Shown here: one piece after another, positions 12,791 through 28,030 of the stretch
How positions within the stretch are numbered: position 1 is the first letter of the stretch
Layout of the letters: each line of letters opens with the position of its first letter
Source: Octopus vulgaris
Lineage: Eukaryota
Reading direction: 5' to 3'
Length of the DNA: 64,000 nucleotides
Assembly (NCBI GenBank): GCA_951406725.2
Contig: OX597828.1
Location: 64,232,001 to 64,296,000, forward strand
Translations under genes and position numbers: made by a program
Notes under the pieces: model-generated
Told to the model about the DNA's origin: nothing
Seen by the model: the letters and a program-made list of their open reading frames with translations, nothing else
Database searches by the model: none

Positions 12791-13346
12791 TTATTATTAT
12801 TACTATTATTGTTACTGTTGTTGTTTTTGTTGTTCTTATTTAACAACAGTTTGATTCGCCTCTATGCGTCTTAAAGTTTCGTAGTCTCTTTATACGAACC
12901 TAGCTCGTCAGGCTTAGAAGACTGAGCTACATATAATCCATGCTTATGCTTACTAGAATTATGTTCACAAGTATTTAGATTAGCAGGCTCATAGAAAACA
13001 AACTGAAAATGTTTTAGTGTGTAGGTATGAACATAATAGATTTACAATTTAACAGCACGATAGACACACTGACAGACGAACAGATATATAGGAAGGAATA
13101 AAGTCTTCTGTTGGTATAAATAGTCCTTTTCTGACAACTGACAGCGCACGATCTTTCAACACCGAAAGAGATAAGCATTTTTGTTTCTGCAAAAATATAA
13201 AATGGCTCATGATAACGTTGCTTTATAACAATACTGGTGATACTTATACACATATATTTATGTGTGTGTGTATGTATGTATGTATGTATGTATGTATGTA
13301 TGTATGTATGTATGTATGTATGTATGTATGTATGTATGTATGTATG

Positions 13347-13394
<48 letters not shown>

Positions 13395-13797
13395 TCTCAA
13401 AGAGAGAAAAAAGACATTAAATGTATCTCGAACACTTTGGATATAATAATAATAATAATAAATAATAATAATAAAAATATTAATAATAATAATAATAATG
13501 ATAATAATAATAATAATAATTTCTTAAGTAATAAGAAAATGGATTTGATATTAATGTTTATTTTGTACAACGGTCGTTTCGACCCATCTTGCTACTGTCC
13601 CCTTATGGATGGGACTCCTTTCAACATGTGTTGCATCAATTTTGCAGTCTGAGTCTCACCAGCTACATCCACACAGAAAGGTTTGAGTCTCGCTAAAGAT
13701 CCTGAGTTTTGACTGCCATGTTCTTATAAGCTTGTCTGGTTAGGGAGTGAAGCAGCACTACAATTTTCAACACTTCAATACACTAATCGACATAGAC

Positions 13798-13799
<2 letters not shown>

Positions 13800-13832
<33 letters not shown>

Positions 13833-13852
13833 TGTGTGTGTGTGTGCGCGCA

Positions 13853-13884
<32 letters not shown>

Positions 13885-13903
13885 CATGTGTGTGTGTGCG
13901 CGC

Positions 13904-13991
<88 letters not shown>
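13800..13991. repeat. (TG)n microsatellite with CG interruptions
   Basis: Seen directly. Confidence 0.95.
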
Positions 13992-13994
<3 letters not shown>

Positions 13995-14626
13995 CAAGAT
14001 TCAGTTGAATAAAGTATTTAAAGATGAGTCACCCAGTTTGGTCAGAGCAAAATACACAGACAACAATTTTTAGATGAATACTAACATTGGTATTGAAATA
14101 CTGGCAAAATGATATTCGGGTCATTTATGCTGTTAATTGGATCCAAACGAGTATATAACCCTCTCTTGCGTTATTCAGACACGGACATTTTATTCATTAC
14201 ATAGTCCATCGTATACTTCAGAACACGAGAGGAGCAGGCTCCAAGATGCTTCTGAAACTAGTGTCAGAAGTGTTGAACATGTTGCCGTGGATTTTAAATT
14301 ATTTCTTAAAGATTATTTTAAACGTCCTTGATTGTAAAGTTCATGTATTCCTCTGAAGAAAACAGTTTCTTTATAATGATATAATGTACCCTCTAATCAA
14401 AAAATTCGTTAGAAATGGCCGTAAGGAATTGACACCTCTTTCAATTGTTCTGTTTGTATGCATGTATGTTTCTCTTTCTCTCTCTCTGTACCCACACACA
14501 TACACACAAATATATATATATAGATATATATAAGGGTAAATAACTATTAATTTTAAAATTAATAATTATTACGAAGTAGTTTCGGTATAGAAAGAGAAAC
14601 ATTATCGGTAGGAACTTTTACAAAAA

Positions 14627-14669
<43 letters not shown>

Positions 14670-16859
14670 CAGTACGTTGTTCGGGTAAGGACATCCATAC
14701 TAAAGCAGACAATATGAAACATGAATTCATCCCCCCACTCCCACCACGCGACACTTGTGAACGTCCTCACATTTCCTATATTTTTGAAATACCTGTCCTG
14801 ACAGGTGACTGGCAGATACCTGTCTTAGCTAACGTCTACACAGGTAAACTATTGCATCATACATTCACATGATATGCACAAATAGAAAATACAGATGAGA
14901 AGATCAAGTGATAATTCCTCGCGAGACGTAAATAACAAACACAGATTCCTCAGAGAAACGATTATAAAAATAACCTCCGTCTTGTCGCGTATTTTAGGCC
15001 CCAACCATATGCGACAGATACAAAAATAAACTCTGTGTTAATTGAGATTTTTGGAGAGAAATACGTGTTCGTCTTAAACGAAGGAAATGAAATTATGACG
15101 TCATAGCATCTGAAATGCTTCTGTTTGTCATGTCTTAACGAGGGAGTTCCTAGATTTCACGATAGGGCTTCTATACAGTCAATCGTTCGGCTAGAAATAA
15201 CAACCGAATTCCCACAAATTAGATCCGTACTGTCTTATTTGAAAACAGGAATAAATTTTTTCAAATTAAAACGGAAAGGTGAGTCTGAAAGTACAAAATG
15301 GTCTCTGTGAAAAGAAGAGGAAATTTATTGGAGAACAGACAGATTAGTCTAAAGAATGGAATCTCTGCGATGTAGAATGTGTTTTCTGTAAACATTCCGA
15401 AAGACGATATGGAATGTAATAACTGAAAACTAATATCGAAAAATCTATTAAAACTAAGAACTTGTTAAAAGGAATTGAGAGGCTTGAAATATGAACTGAC
15501 GATAATTAGGCAAAGAGATATATGGTTCTTAATAATTGTGAAAAATATACACAGGGACGCCGTTGGTAAGAAAAAATAACGGTCGAGTTAGATTCATCAA
15601 ATCTTATGCATGCATAAATTTAATCTTGTATCTTCAGGAGCTCCAAGATTAGTGGGGATTGGGGGAGAGGGAGAATGAGGGGTAGAAAAGGAAGGGGGGT
15701 TGTCCGCAAACCGGAAACCCTGTCCGATTACTTGCAGCATTGGGAACTGTGTTGAATGTCCCCAACAACCAGGTTATGGCGTTAAATCGAGAGACGGATT
15801 AAATCTTCCACCCAAGCAGGTTAGCAGGCGAGAAAGCAATTTGAAATCAAAACGGAAGGAGTTGGAATAAATGTAAGGACCACTGATGGTCAGTGTTGAC
15901 CCTTAGACCTATGTAAGACTGTTTTGAAGAGTGGAAGCTGTCTGAGCGTGAGGAGGCCACATTTCTATGTCCTCAAAGCAAAAGGCCATCGATTTAAGCC
16001 AGAACAGCTTGTCACCAATGTTGTTGTTACAGACACTGCTGTCAGAAGACAAAGAACCAGAATAAATACCACAAGACACCTTGTGTAATACCCCGCCCCC
16101 CACAGAGTCTATCAATCCAATGCACCACCATGGACGCGTACTATTTTATTCACCCCATAAAGATAAAACACAATGTTGACTTGGGCAGGATTTGAACTCA
16201 GAAAACGCAGAAGAATCAGAACAAATATTACAAAGCAGTAGCATAGGATGGGTGGGGGTGATCCGCCCTGGGGAACTGTTTCGTGGCGATGATACGTTTA
16301 AAACTGTTGCATACGACTGTACAGTGGGCAGGGCCGTGGCACAGAAAAACTTAGAAGCGACTCCAGGCGGCACGCACTGCTGATCCGCCACTGCGGCAAG
16401 CGTACCCAGCACTAATGATTCTCTCACATAAACACAACAACCTTCTTTGACATAAAGTTACACATTACACAAGAGATTTATGTCAGTCTTAAGAATATTT
16501 AAAATAGGATAATATTGTAAAACTAACAACAATTATGCAGGGAGTAATTTAAAAAAAACTTATTAATTAGTTTTTAAAGTTTCTGGTAAGTATGAGACAA
16601 GTTTAAACATGTTTAAACATTTCACTGTTGTTTGGAATGTTCCTTTCTACCTCCTTTTCCTTCTACCCTTAAGTAAATTGTAAAAAAAATACATATTCTT
16701 ATGTACCAGTCATGCCCGGAGGCTTTGGATTTAATCTACTATAATTCCAGTCACTGCATAAATTCTTGACCATGTGCCAATCTATGGTGGTGGAGGCAGT
16801 GGGGTGTTGGGGAAACAGCAACTGGTCAAAAACCTGCTAATAACGGTGCCACTACGTGA

Positions 16860-17060
16860 ACGATTCAACTGCTAGACATAGCAAAGAAATTTCTCCCAGG
16901 TCACACATTATCTTTTAAAAAAAGGCAAAGACGCATGAGACAATGTAATCCTAACGGTATAAAAAGACAAGGTGGTCATGATTGGAGTTACTCCGATCAA
17001 AGCTGAGTAGAGGTTAAGCACAACAACAAGAACAACTACAAAAACAACAACTGTCAGAAC
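16860..17060 (+). mobile_element. Old interspersed repeat with (AAC)n tail (related pieces at ~8180, 15180, 52420, 54245, 54430)
   Basis: Recurring diverged blocks CTGCTAGAnATAGCA, ATAATGTAGT, GGTCATGxxTGGA, followed by (AAC)n. Confidence 0.45.
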
Positions 17061-20000
17061 AACAAATGTGAAAAGAATTTCTTATTTTTTCTTTCTTTGG
17101 TTTATTTCGACTTTGATTAGATTGGAGGTAGAGGGCAAGGATGGAGGGCGAGAAGATGGTGGAGAACAAGGGTGGAGGGTGAGGGCGGTGAAGTTAGAAT
17201 GGTGGGCGATGGTGAAGGAAAAGAGTGGAGGGCAAGGATGGAGGGGGAAGTAGTTACACCTCAAGGTGGTATTTATGAGCAGCAGTTTGTCTTAAACATA
17301 CCATCCAGTTGGTAATTAGTAATTTCCTCTTGCTGCCTACCATCACCACCACCACCACCACCACCACCGTCATCATAACCAAAGCCACCACAACTTCCAA
17401 AAAAACACATCCACCATCTCCATCACCACAATCACAACTATCATCACTCCATCACACCTCGCCATTGTCACCACCACCACAAGCAATGCAACCTTCATAA
17501 CTGCTACCAATAACACAATCATCAACACCTAGGTGGAATTTGAACTTAGAAAGCGATGGAATTGGTCATCCAAGACATTTTTTCTGAAGCCGTGATATTT
17601 GAAACATTTCAACGCTCTGCGTGTGTGATTTATTTATTTATTGACCTTGGATTGACGGAAAGGAAAGTTAGTGTTGGTCGTATCTGAACACAGACTACTT
17701 CGACCTGGAACTAATACAACCAAGTATTCTGTTTGGCGCTCTAACAATCCTTGTAAATCTCCAGCCTGTGAGAAATGTTAGTAAAGCAGAACGAATATCT
17801 CCATATAAAAGGGTATGTTGGAAAAAAACTGATCGGGTTATAAAAAGAATTAGATGGCAAGCGATAAATTCACAGACTGAGAGATCATATATTCAGTTGT
17901 AGACTCCCTCACGAGAACTTTGAAAAATTTGAATTTAGTTCACAATTTTCAAAATACTCCAAACGAATCAATTTCGCAATTCAAAAATAAATGGTAAAAA
18001 AAAATGAAGATTATAGAAAAAATATTACACAGGGCCAGGCAAACCACATGATGAGAAAATATTACAGAACCTACCACAAGACATGGTACATTAAAGGACA
18101 AAGGGAAAAACTTTGTAGAAGGACTCAATACGGATGATCAGCGAATAGAGTGTCTCGCTCCGTGATAAACTTATTTAATATTAAAGGACGATAAAGAACA
18201 ATTTCATATCCACCCCAACGAGCAGACCAGAAAGTCTCTCAAAATTATCAATGATATATTAAATAATATAAACTCTAATACTAAACAAACGATACGTTTA
18301 TTCTGAGGAGTTGTGGTTTTGTTGTAGGCAAACTGTTTAGTTCCGCTGAAAAGTCATTTGGCTGCAGATTTACTCAGATCAACATGGCGGAAGAGTCATT
18401 GGTTTCCAACAGTTTATCTTAAAACGATTATAATTCAAAGAAGCCTTAATCACTATAACTGTCAGTGACATTAGCATAATCAAGGTAACGACAAGAGTCG
18501 CTCGCTCCTGACGAAGAAAACCATTTTGGTGAAGAAACGAAAATGTTTTCCTCCATGGATTGTTTCGATGGAATTGAACTGTCGCACTAATGTGAGTTAT
18601 ATAATAATGTACGAATATGAGTGTTACACACACACACACATGTGCGCGCACACACACACACATGTGCGCACACACACACACACATGTGCGCACACACACA
18701 CACACACACACATGTGCGCACACACACACAACACACATTTATACTGGAAATTCTGCAAAGATAAATGAAAGTCAACTAACGTATCGCCTTATAAGGGTGA
18801 GGTCTGTAACATAAATAAGTTTACAGAAATTCTGATCTGATCAACGTATTAAAATAATTCGACCAAAGAATAACGATAACCATTCATATCAGCCAAGTAA
18901 AGTTCCTACATTTCATACAAGACTCTGTTTTTTTTCTCTGTGTGTGTGTGTGTGTGTGTTTTAACAGTTTGACTCAGCACCGTATGGCCTAATGTTTTGT
19001 GGGCACGTAGGACAGACCCACATCATCAGACATCTCGAAAGCTTGTGCGTGGAGCTGAGTGGTGTGTAATATAAGCATGTTCGTATACATACATACATAC
19101 ATACATACATACATACATACATACATACATACAAACAAACAAAATCATTTGAAGTGAAATCATCGAAGAGTTGCTTCTTCAAGATTCCCATTTCCATTTA
19201 TCCACTCAACAAATTATATTCAGGAACGAATAGAAAAAGAAATTTGAAAATCATTAAAAATGCCTTACAACGATGGAACACAATTTGAATGCGACTAACT
19301 GAGACTGGAACGAGTAAAGATTTTAGCCTACAACCTTGTAAATTACTAATGAAGCATATTCCAGTATTATACGATATCCCGTCCCTTTCCAATAACTTTT
19401 CAATAATTATCTATCTTGAAATCGTTAATCATTATCCGTAAGACTTCAGATATTTTCGGCCAATGAAGTTGGATAATGTTTTACTAGATATTTAAAATAA
19501 CGATTCTGTTGCGGTGTATGCACTTTTCTTTTAAATATACTCTCACTTATTCCGATATAACATTTTTCATGTGACATCTCCAAGACAATTTTTAGCACGA
19601 TAAACTAATTGTTTGGGGAGGCACCTGTCTTTGAGGATACAGCTTCGTGTGTCATTGTTCTTACACTGATGCTGACGATGTTGCGAAATTGTGCCAACAA
19701 GAATGCTTCTGCTGACTTTGGCAATTCAAGTAGCGAGATTTTCGGTAGTGCTATAACCGACTTCTTTGTTGTTTGTGTCGAAGTTATTATCATATCTCTG
19801 GCCCGTAGAGGAAATGTTTTGTAAATATAGAAAATTCTTTACATTGTTAGGAATGACATTCAAATTAAGACGCGAGTTAAGACATAATGTTTTATTTTTT
19901 TACCTTTTCATTTTTATTAATACGTATTTCCTTTTGGTGTTGAAGATGATGCCTTGTCCTTCAAACGGCTTTCATTCACTGCATTACTATTATAAAATGG

Positions 20001-20481
20001 GCGCAGATTTTTCTTTGACAAGATATATCCGGGATAATGTTGTCATAGCTGTCACTTCGACGTCCATAGCATGTTTCGCCAACTGTTTTAAAGGCCAGTA
20101 TAGTCATATGTAGATATGATAACCCTCAAGATATCGTATAATTATCCAGCAGAACATCCAGGGTGACGGAGAAAAAGGTTGCCTTGGGACTGGTTCGAGA
20201 GTAATTTCCATAAGATTGGTGTAAAATGAAACATTATCCAAGGACACAAAGCGCCGTCTGGTCAAAGGATTGAACTTACGATCTTGTGATCTCAGCATTC
20301 TAATCACAAAAACATCACTTCTAGTCACATACTACAAAATACTTAACAATAAAAGGTTGATTAGTGAGACCCAAGCAGACTCATTGTATCTTCAACATTT
20401 CTCACAAAATATATATTTATAACATCCAATAATATTTCTGATAAACAATTCTTTTAATAATTCGAAGGTAGAATAAGGACG

Positions 20482-20515
<34 letters not shown>

Positions 20516-20970
20516 ACACACACAAACACCCCCACACACGTATGTATAAAGTATGGTAGCCCGTTAAAATATCTCTTTAAGAAATGTAAGCTGTAACTCT
20601 ACTAAAAAGTAATGCTTTGTGGCCACTTCAACATGGCCGTTACGTACGGAACGAGGTCACTACTCTTTTTTAATGCCAGGTGTATACCTCTTCCAGCTCG
20701 TTAACGACTCAACCTGTGTCCGATATACTGCGATCAGGGAAGCGAACCCCTACCATCTAACGATTTGACAGGACCAGTAGACCAGCTGGGTTTCGGGATA
20801 CTTGCCATTCCTCAGTACAGGACACCTGGCCGCTAGACATGGCAGTCAGTCGCTCACGTTATATAGAAAAATAAGCGACAACCAGTTGCTGATTTTGCAA
20901 TAAGCAAAGTAGCTCAAAAATGAGTAGCAACGTTGTTCCATACAGAACAGTCATGTCGAAGTGTGTGTGC

Positions 20971-21024
<54 letters not shown>

Positions 21025-21527
21025 GTGTGTGTGTGCGCGTACTGTATTTTTTTGTAATTGTATTTTTATTTTGTATTTTATTTTGTAATTTTATTTGTAT
21101 CGTTTTAACGTCCTGTTTTTGTCACATTTTTTTTCTTTCCTTGTTTTTACCCCTCTGCAAAGGAATTTTATTTAATTCTTTCGCAGGAAGGGCTATTTCG
21201 ACGAGTCGTGTTCTATCCTCACCTTCGAAACACGCATGGAGTCGTACTAGGGACCGTTTCTCGTTGAGTTCTACGTCTATTTGTGGTGTCCTGTACTTAC
21301 GTATATATATTTATATATGCATGTATATATACATGTAGATGTAGGTACGTACATATATGTATGAATGTATGCATATATTTTATTTATTACACTATTGTAT
21401 GACTGAGCGCGCTCGCGTCGTTTCGTTTCGTTTCCTCCAAGTAAGTTTATATATATATATATATATATATACTTATATATAATATTTATATAATATAATA
21501 TAAATACTTGCATATAGTACTTATATA

Positions 21528-21826
21528 AAATATGGATTCAAATTCATACCAATAATAATTGGAGCATTAGGTTTTGTTAATAAATGCTTAAAGGAGAATC
21601 TGGATAAACTGGGATTTTCAGAAAGAGAAATTGACCGGTTGATTCGTACAAGTGCAATCTGTGAGTGGAATAGTAAAAATATGCAAGACTTTTCTCAAGT
21701 TCTAAATGTGAATGTATCTGTTTTAACTACATCGCAAAGTTGGAGCCTTATATTTTTGTTGGGAACCGGATCCCTCCTCAGTGGAAGATTGCTAATAATT
21801 AAAAAATAGAGACATACATACATACA
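21528..21826 (+). mobile_element. 3' end of an RLE LINE (second family) ending in (CATA)n
   Basis: KYGFKFIPIIIGALGFVNKCLKENLDKLGF...SVSGIVKICKTFLKF* (one frameshift); homologous to 61907-62107. Confidence 0.75.
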
Positions 21827-22262
21827 TATCTGTGTGTGTGTATGTATGTATGTATGTATGAGTGTTACGCATAGTACTTGATCCTGTGTGTTCTTCACTG
21901 CCCACGTCTCACCGTTTGTTTTAGAGTAATGTTCCCCATAGAGACACGTTGTATATTTTCCGCTGTTCGTTGTTTATTTTGACAAGATTCTTTATATTTT
22001 CCGTTTCGTATTTTTAGAAATAGTTACCAACGAGTACATCATAAAACTGATTAGGACACGAATGAATATGCTGCATGTGTGGAGATATATAGTAATATAG
22101 ACATATTCGCCAGTACATACAAATGCACACACACACACACACATATATATACATACACACACGTACGCATATAACACATATATAAGAAAGAATGTATGTA
22201 CACATGCATGTATCTATATGTATATATGTTATATGAATCATCTCTCTCTCTCTCTCTCTATC

Positions 22263-22361
<99 letters not shown>

Positions 22362-22367
22362 CTATTT

Positions 22368-22398
<31 letters not shown>

Positions 22399-22768
22399 AA
22401 GATGCTGCGTGCTTGTGTCGAAACCTCTTTGAGCATAATCCTGTAAATCGAAAAGAGAGAGAGAGAGAGCACTTTGCTCTCATGTGTTTATTTCCTCCCT
22501 GCCTGGGGTTACCGTGGTCTTTTCTGTAGACTTTCCTTTCCACGGATAAACCTAATCTTGCTTCTTACATTTTAAAAATTTCTTGTGAAACACGATCCCT
22601 TTTGATCGCCTTTTTTTCCCCCGACTCCTTTTGATCCGAATTTTACTTTTTTCTCTTTTTTTCCCCTTTTTCATTTCCGAAAAGAAAAGCTCTACATTTG
22701 CATTTTTCCCCTCTGTGTTCAGCCCTGTGTGGCCAATAAAGAAAGTTATCTGTCTGTCCCTCTGTCTA

Positions 22769-24019
22769 TTGGGTAATCCCATAAGTAATGCGGTTTTTCT
22801 GACACTTCTTTTAATTTTCAAAATTAAGATAAACAAAGGGTTTCTTTTTTTTTTTTAATCTAAAATATACTCTCCTTCATTTTCTACAATGCTCTTCCAT
22901 CTATCTGGTAGACGTGCAAGGCCCCTCTTCCAAAATTCAGTTGTCTGTGATGAAAACACTCTTCCATTACTGTTCTCATCTCGTCTAGAGAATTCATATT
23001 TTTTCCGTCCAAACGATTTTGAAGACTCCGGAATAAATGATAATCAGATGGGGCAATGTCCAGCAAATATGGTGGGTGGGGCATCGTTTCCCATTCAAAC
23101 TGCTCCAGGCTTTCGAATGTCATCCTCGCTGCATGTGGCCGAGCATTATCCTGATGGAAAAAATACCTTTCGTCTTCAAACCAAAGATGGTCGTTTTTCG
23201 TCTAGCGCTGACTTAAGCCGCTCAAGTTGCTCACAGTAGATATCCTTTGTTATCATTTGGTTTGGGTTTAAAAGTTCAAAGTGGACTAAACCTTTCATAT
23301 CTCAAAAAAACTTATAACAACATCTTACGTGGATGAAAACCTTCTTTAGTCTGGAGTCTTGGTTTTTCTCATTTCTCTACCCACCGTCTTTGGCCCTTGA
23401 CATTTTTATATAGAACCCATTATTCGTCACCAGTCTCTACTAGGTCTAAAAATAAGGTTCATTCGTGCAATTAGACTCGGAAAGTTCGTGAGGAACCTAT
23501 TGACCCAATATGCTGACTTTTCCGATGGCACGCAGGTATCAATGAATGGTTGAATGACCAAATCCAAACTTCTCTTCAGGTTCATCAACAGTTATGATGG
23601 GATTTTGTTCCACCAAAGTTTGCAAGATGACCTCATCGAGCTCTTAAGATCTTCCTGCACAGGGCTCGTCTTCTAGGCTGTATTTTACGGCTCGGAATTT
23701 TTAGAACCATCGTTGACACTGGTTTACGCTTATTGTCCGATCCCTATATCCTGCATTAATATTCCTCGCACTTTCTGTTGCGTTGTTGCCTTTATTGAAC
23801 TCAAAGCAAAATATGCTGAATATGCTCCTTTGTCACTTCCATTATAGCTTTGAAAAAAATAACTTAAAATCGAACTGCACCCTTCAAAACTTGCACTATG
23901 AATAAGTAGGAGGTAGAATTACTACCTGCTTTTATAGCAAGTTGATTCAGGCAGTTTATCCTTCCCCCACTCCGACTTTTAGTTCATACAATTGAAAAAA
24001 CCGCATTATTTATGCGATG

Positions 24020-24025
<6 letters not shown>
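22769..24025 (-). mobile_element. Full-length decayed mariner transposon (~1.26 kb)
   Basis: TIRs TTGGGTAATCCCATAAGTAATGCGGTTTTT / AAAAACCGCATTATTTATGCGATGACCCTA with TA flanks; start MEVTKEHIQHILL at 23842; HPPYLLDIAPSDYHLFRSLQN (YSPDLAPSD-like). Confidence 0.92.
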
Positions 24026-24050
<25 letters not shown>

Positions 24051-24085
24051 GCATACATACTTGCATGCATACATGCATACACACA

Positions 24086-24123
<38 letters not shown>

Positions 24124-25516
24124 TAATCTTTTCATCCCCTGTGCTCCACTCGACACATCGGTTCTAACCATCTTCCGTGATCCATTGACATTCTAAATCT
24201 AAAATCAGCTTAATTGGCAGACATTAATTGGCAGACATTCGAACAAGCGAAGGAGCTTTCACGAGGTCACCTGGACTAAAAAAGAAAAAAAAAATCAATC
24301 GATTCTCCCTCAAAATATTGTACATCTTTTGATAATGGAACTATTGTGTCTAAGTGCTTAGGTGCAACACAACCCATCAAAGGTGCGTGTACAAGAGTCA
24401 GTGTAAGGGTCATGATATACATGTATGGAGGGGGGATATTAGGTGTAGTGTTGGCACGGAAGTTTTAAAGGTTACAATGCCAGATATTCAATGATAACGC
24501 AGGCTTTAATTTGCTATAAGACGAGATGATCATGGATGGAACGACTTGTATCTTTCAAAGATTTTTTGCTGATCTTTACGTTCCAGTTACAAATTCATGC
24601 TTCATTCTCACCCCACGTTTCAAGGGAAATAACTCTTCCCTTGATATAGCGTATTTGAGGGAGTTATTTCCCCTGTATTGTTACTGTAACGTCATTGTTA
24701 CTTAATGAATTTTTTTTCCCCTTAAGTTACAAATATAAAAAATTTATGTTTAATTAATTTACCAAATTACTTGCTGCTTTCTCTCTAGCTAATTAAAATA
24801 AAATTAAAAATTATATAGGGTCATGATCACAAAAATCCCCATAGTGTTCATATATCAATAACATTTTACTTTTTCTCTTGTTTTTTTCGGAACTCAAAAG
24901 GTTTGAAATTTTGGTAAAAGGCCAAATTGACCCCGAAGAGATGAGACGCACAGTCGACCTCTGCGAAATTTGAATGCAGAACGTAAAGACGGGCAAAATG
25001 CTAGACTGTCACCGATTCTGCCAGTTCGTCCTTATAAATGTATCTTATTAACTCATATGAATTCCTATGTATTTCCTACGCTTGAACAGTTTTGCGTTAG
25101 GTTCATTATGCGTCCATGTTTATACAAATCATTCTCCGAATCTGGATGTTTCTATGGTTTCTCACCCGCAAATTGTGTCGCATTTCTCATGCATGTTTAT
25201 GGCTTCGAAGCTAAACATTTCTCTGTAATTCGATGCTTTGCCAAATAAAGATACACTTCATTTTAATAACTCCGAAGGAGCTGTCAGGTGACGCACAAGC
25301 ACTCAATTCTGAGCACACTGCTTCTTAGTGCTGAAACAACTGTAAACCAATGATGCTGATTATGTAATTCTTGTTCTCTTGTCATTTGTTTAATCCCTAA
25401 ATTTAAGATTTCAAAAATCAGTTTTATGTCACAATGTTATGTCAAAGTTCCAGTCCTTGTATCTGTAGTAGTGAGGATTATCATTATTGTTATTATCAAT
25501 TTATTATTATTATTAA

Positions 25517-25562
<46 letters not shown>

Positions 25563-25566
25563 GCTC

Positions 25567-25598
<32 letters not shown>

Positions 25599-25874
25599 GC
25601 TCGTATATCTAAATTAGAAACACAATCTGCCTATCTGCCTTTCTGCCTAGCAGTCTGTCTTTCTAGAAGTCTGTCTGTTTGTCTTTCTTTCTGTCTTTCT
25701 GTCTGTCTAGCAGTCAGTCAGTCTTTCTGCCTATCTGTCTTTCTGTCTGTATCTTTCTCTGTGTATTCACACGAAAGATTTCCGGACAATAGACATGAGT
25801 TTTTAAAAAAACAGTAAATAAGAACGGTAATAAACGAGTGAAGAACAAATATATACTGCGTGTGTTTATTTGGC

Positions 25875-25905
<31 letters not shown>

Positions 25906-25963
25906 TCACGAAATACAACAATATGTGTTTCAACACAGGGTTTCATATCAGGAATCTTGCAAG

Positions 25964-26006
<43 letters not shown>

Positions 26007-26129
26007 AAAATACAAAACACGAAGGCAGGTGTGTGCGTGTGGTGTATGTACACAAACCGATATTCATATATACGTCTATATCTACAATCAAATATAGATA
26101 TAGCGAACCGGATTTGTAATTTAGACAAA

Positions 26130-26425
26130 CGAGGAACGAGTTTTAGCTGAAAGGATAGAGATTGAGAAAAGTTTGCAGCAATCCCATGAAACTGAGGAAA
26201 CAGGTAAAGAGGCCCGGGTTACATCCACATCAAAGAATATGTCAGGCTAGCTATAGATGAGGTAGATAGAAACTCAGCTGCTGGTCCCGATAGATTCCCG
26301 GCAATCCTTTTCAAATTTTCCTTCCAAGTTGTAAGCTTTAAATGAAACTGAAGGAAGGAATAATATGTCCTATCCATGAAGGAGGAAGCAGAGAAGAAGC
26401 TAAAAGCTTTACTCCTATATCTCTG
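26130..26425 (+). mobile_element. Internal LINE RT fragment (CR1/Jockey group)
   Basis: VRLAIDEVDRNSAAGPDRFPAIL and KLKEGIICPIHEGGSREEAKSFTPISL (NYRPISL-like). Confidence 0.7.
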
Positions 26426-27750
26426 GCCTGCTCGTAGTGCTTTGGCAACGCAACTGTCGGTAACTTTATTCCATGAATTCTTCCCCCAATGCACGACTTC
26501 TTGGAGGTTGAGCTTGACAAAGTTTCCACGCTGATTTTTCTCCATTCTATGTTCGATCTATTTATTCACTTCCATCCGCAAATAATCTTTGAAGGGATTG
26601 TTTATTACAAGATCTAATGTTTGTAGATATGAAGTCATTCCCACGAGAATCATTATGTGGTCAATTCTTCTTTCAGAAAGGAAAGGTTTTCATATCTTTT
26701 GCGCGATGAGCACTGGCCGAATCCCAAACTAAAAGACCCCTTTGAGAACCACTTAAAACAAGTGGTATAGTTAAATCAACCCATTTTCTTATAACAGCTT
26801 GTGTGCACCAAGCCTTTTCCATTTCGAGAACATAAATGCCCGAAACACATTCTATTTTCTCTTTTTTTTTTTACCCTTTGTGATGATAAGCAGTGGGACT
26901 TTTGTTCCGTCCAGACGAACTTCTAAAATACAAGTAACCCTTGAACTTTTATAACCCATTGAGGCAGCGTAGATTGGCGAGGCCCCTGTCTGTTCAATTG
27001 TCGTTTTAGATGCTTGGCCCAGAAATACTGCAGTTTCATCCATAGCAATTATATTGGCGAGATTGTATTTAGAAAAGTCGATGCCATCAACAAAGGACTT
27101 GAATGCAAGTGCAGTTTGAATCACTTCAGCATCCTCCAGCTTGAACAGTGTTGTCGATCTTCTTAGAGAGAGCTCATATCGCCGAAGGAAATTATCCAAC
27201 CAATGAGGTGATGTTTTGAATATCTCTGGGGGTATATCCAACTGAGGTGCCATTGCAAGAGAAAATTCTTGAATATCAGCCCTGCGTACCACTAAAGCTG
27301 TCAGCAATCCATCCCGAGGTGATATCTTCCAGCTCCGAAAATAACGATTGTCGACCTGATCCGCACTTGCGCTTCTTAGCACTTCCCTCATCCACCAGTC
27401 TGCTGAAATTATCGGACTCTGCTCACCATTTTCGAACCATTCGGAGACCCAACATCATCTTCTTACAGAAAACCGGAAGATTCTTGTTATGTGACTCTTT
27501 CACAATTCCTTTCTTGTACTCGACGGAATAACTCTTTCTTTTTGCACTCATCTTGCCTGGGGTGGGCTTAGCGCAGACTTTAGCCAAGCTGCGGTAGTTG
27601 GTTTATTTTTCAAACAGTACATGGTCTTGTTAACAAGGTGATGCATTTTTGACTACGTCTTATTTTCGATGTAGGGTTTATATTAAAAAACATCCTGAAG
27701 AATCATGATAGCGCTAATTTTCGGAGTAGGTCTTATTTTCGGGGAAACAC

Positions 27751-27752
<2 letters not shown>
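26426..27752 (-). mobile_element. pogo/Tigger-like transposon remnant (HTH, CENP-B HTH, DDE_1), 3' end missing
   Basis: Terminus TA|CCGTGTTTCCCCGAAAATAAGA; MSAKRKSYSVEYKK from 27551; SPHWLDNFLRRYELSLRRSTT; IIAMDETAV; DGTKVPLLII. Confidence 0.88.
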
Positions 27753-27789
<37 letters not shown>

Positions 27790-27904
27790 GAATATACGAA
27801 TATACATATGAATATATACAGGGTGCGTCAGTTTATTTTTTTTATGACACCTCTTTCAAGAGGTCTATCTTTCTCCTAACATTTTTGTTTTTCTTACTTC
27901 GTAG

Positions 27905-28030
27905 ATAAATAATCCTTTCTAAAATAAGCACAAGGGCTGAAATTTGGGGGAGGGGACCAGTCTACCCCTAGTGTTTCGCTGGTACTTATTTCATCGACCC
28001 CGAAAGGATGAAAGGCAAAGTCGATCCTTA
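27905..28030 (-). mobile_element. 3' half of SINE family B
   Basis: Reverse complement contains GACTTTGCCTTTCATCCTTTCGGGGTCGATGAAATAAGTACCAG. Confidence 0.75.

Noticed and set aside
18505-18550. CTGACGAAG...GAAAC as a hammerhead
   Set aside because: No closing stem II, GUH triplet or stem I.
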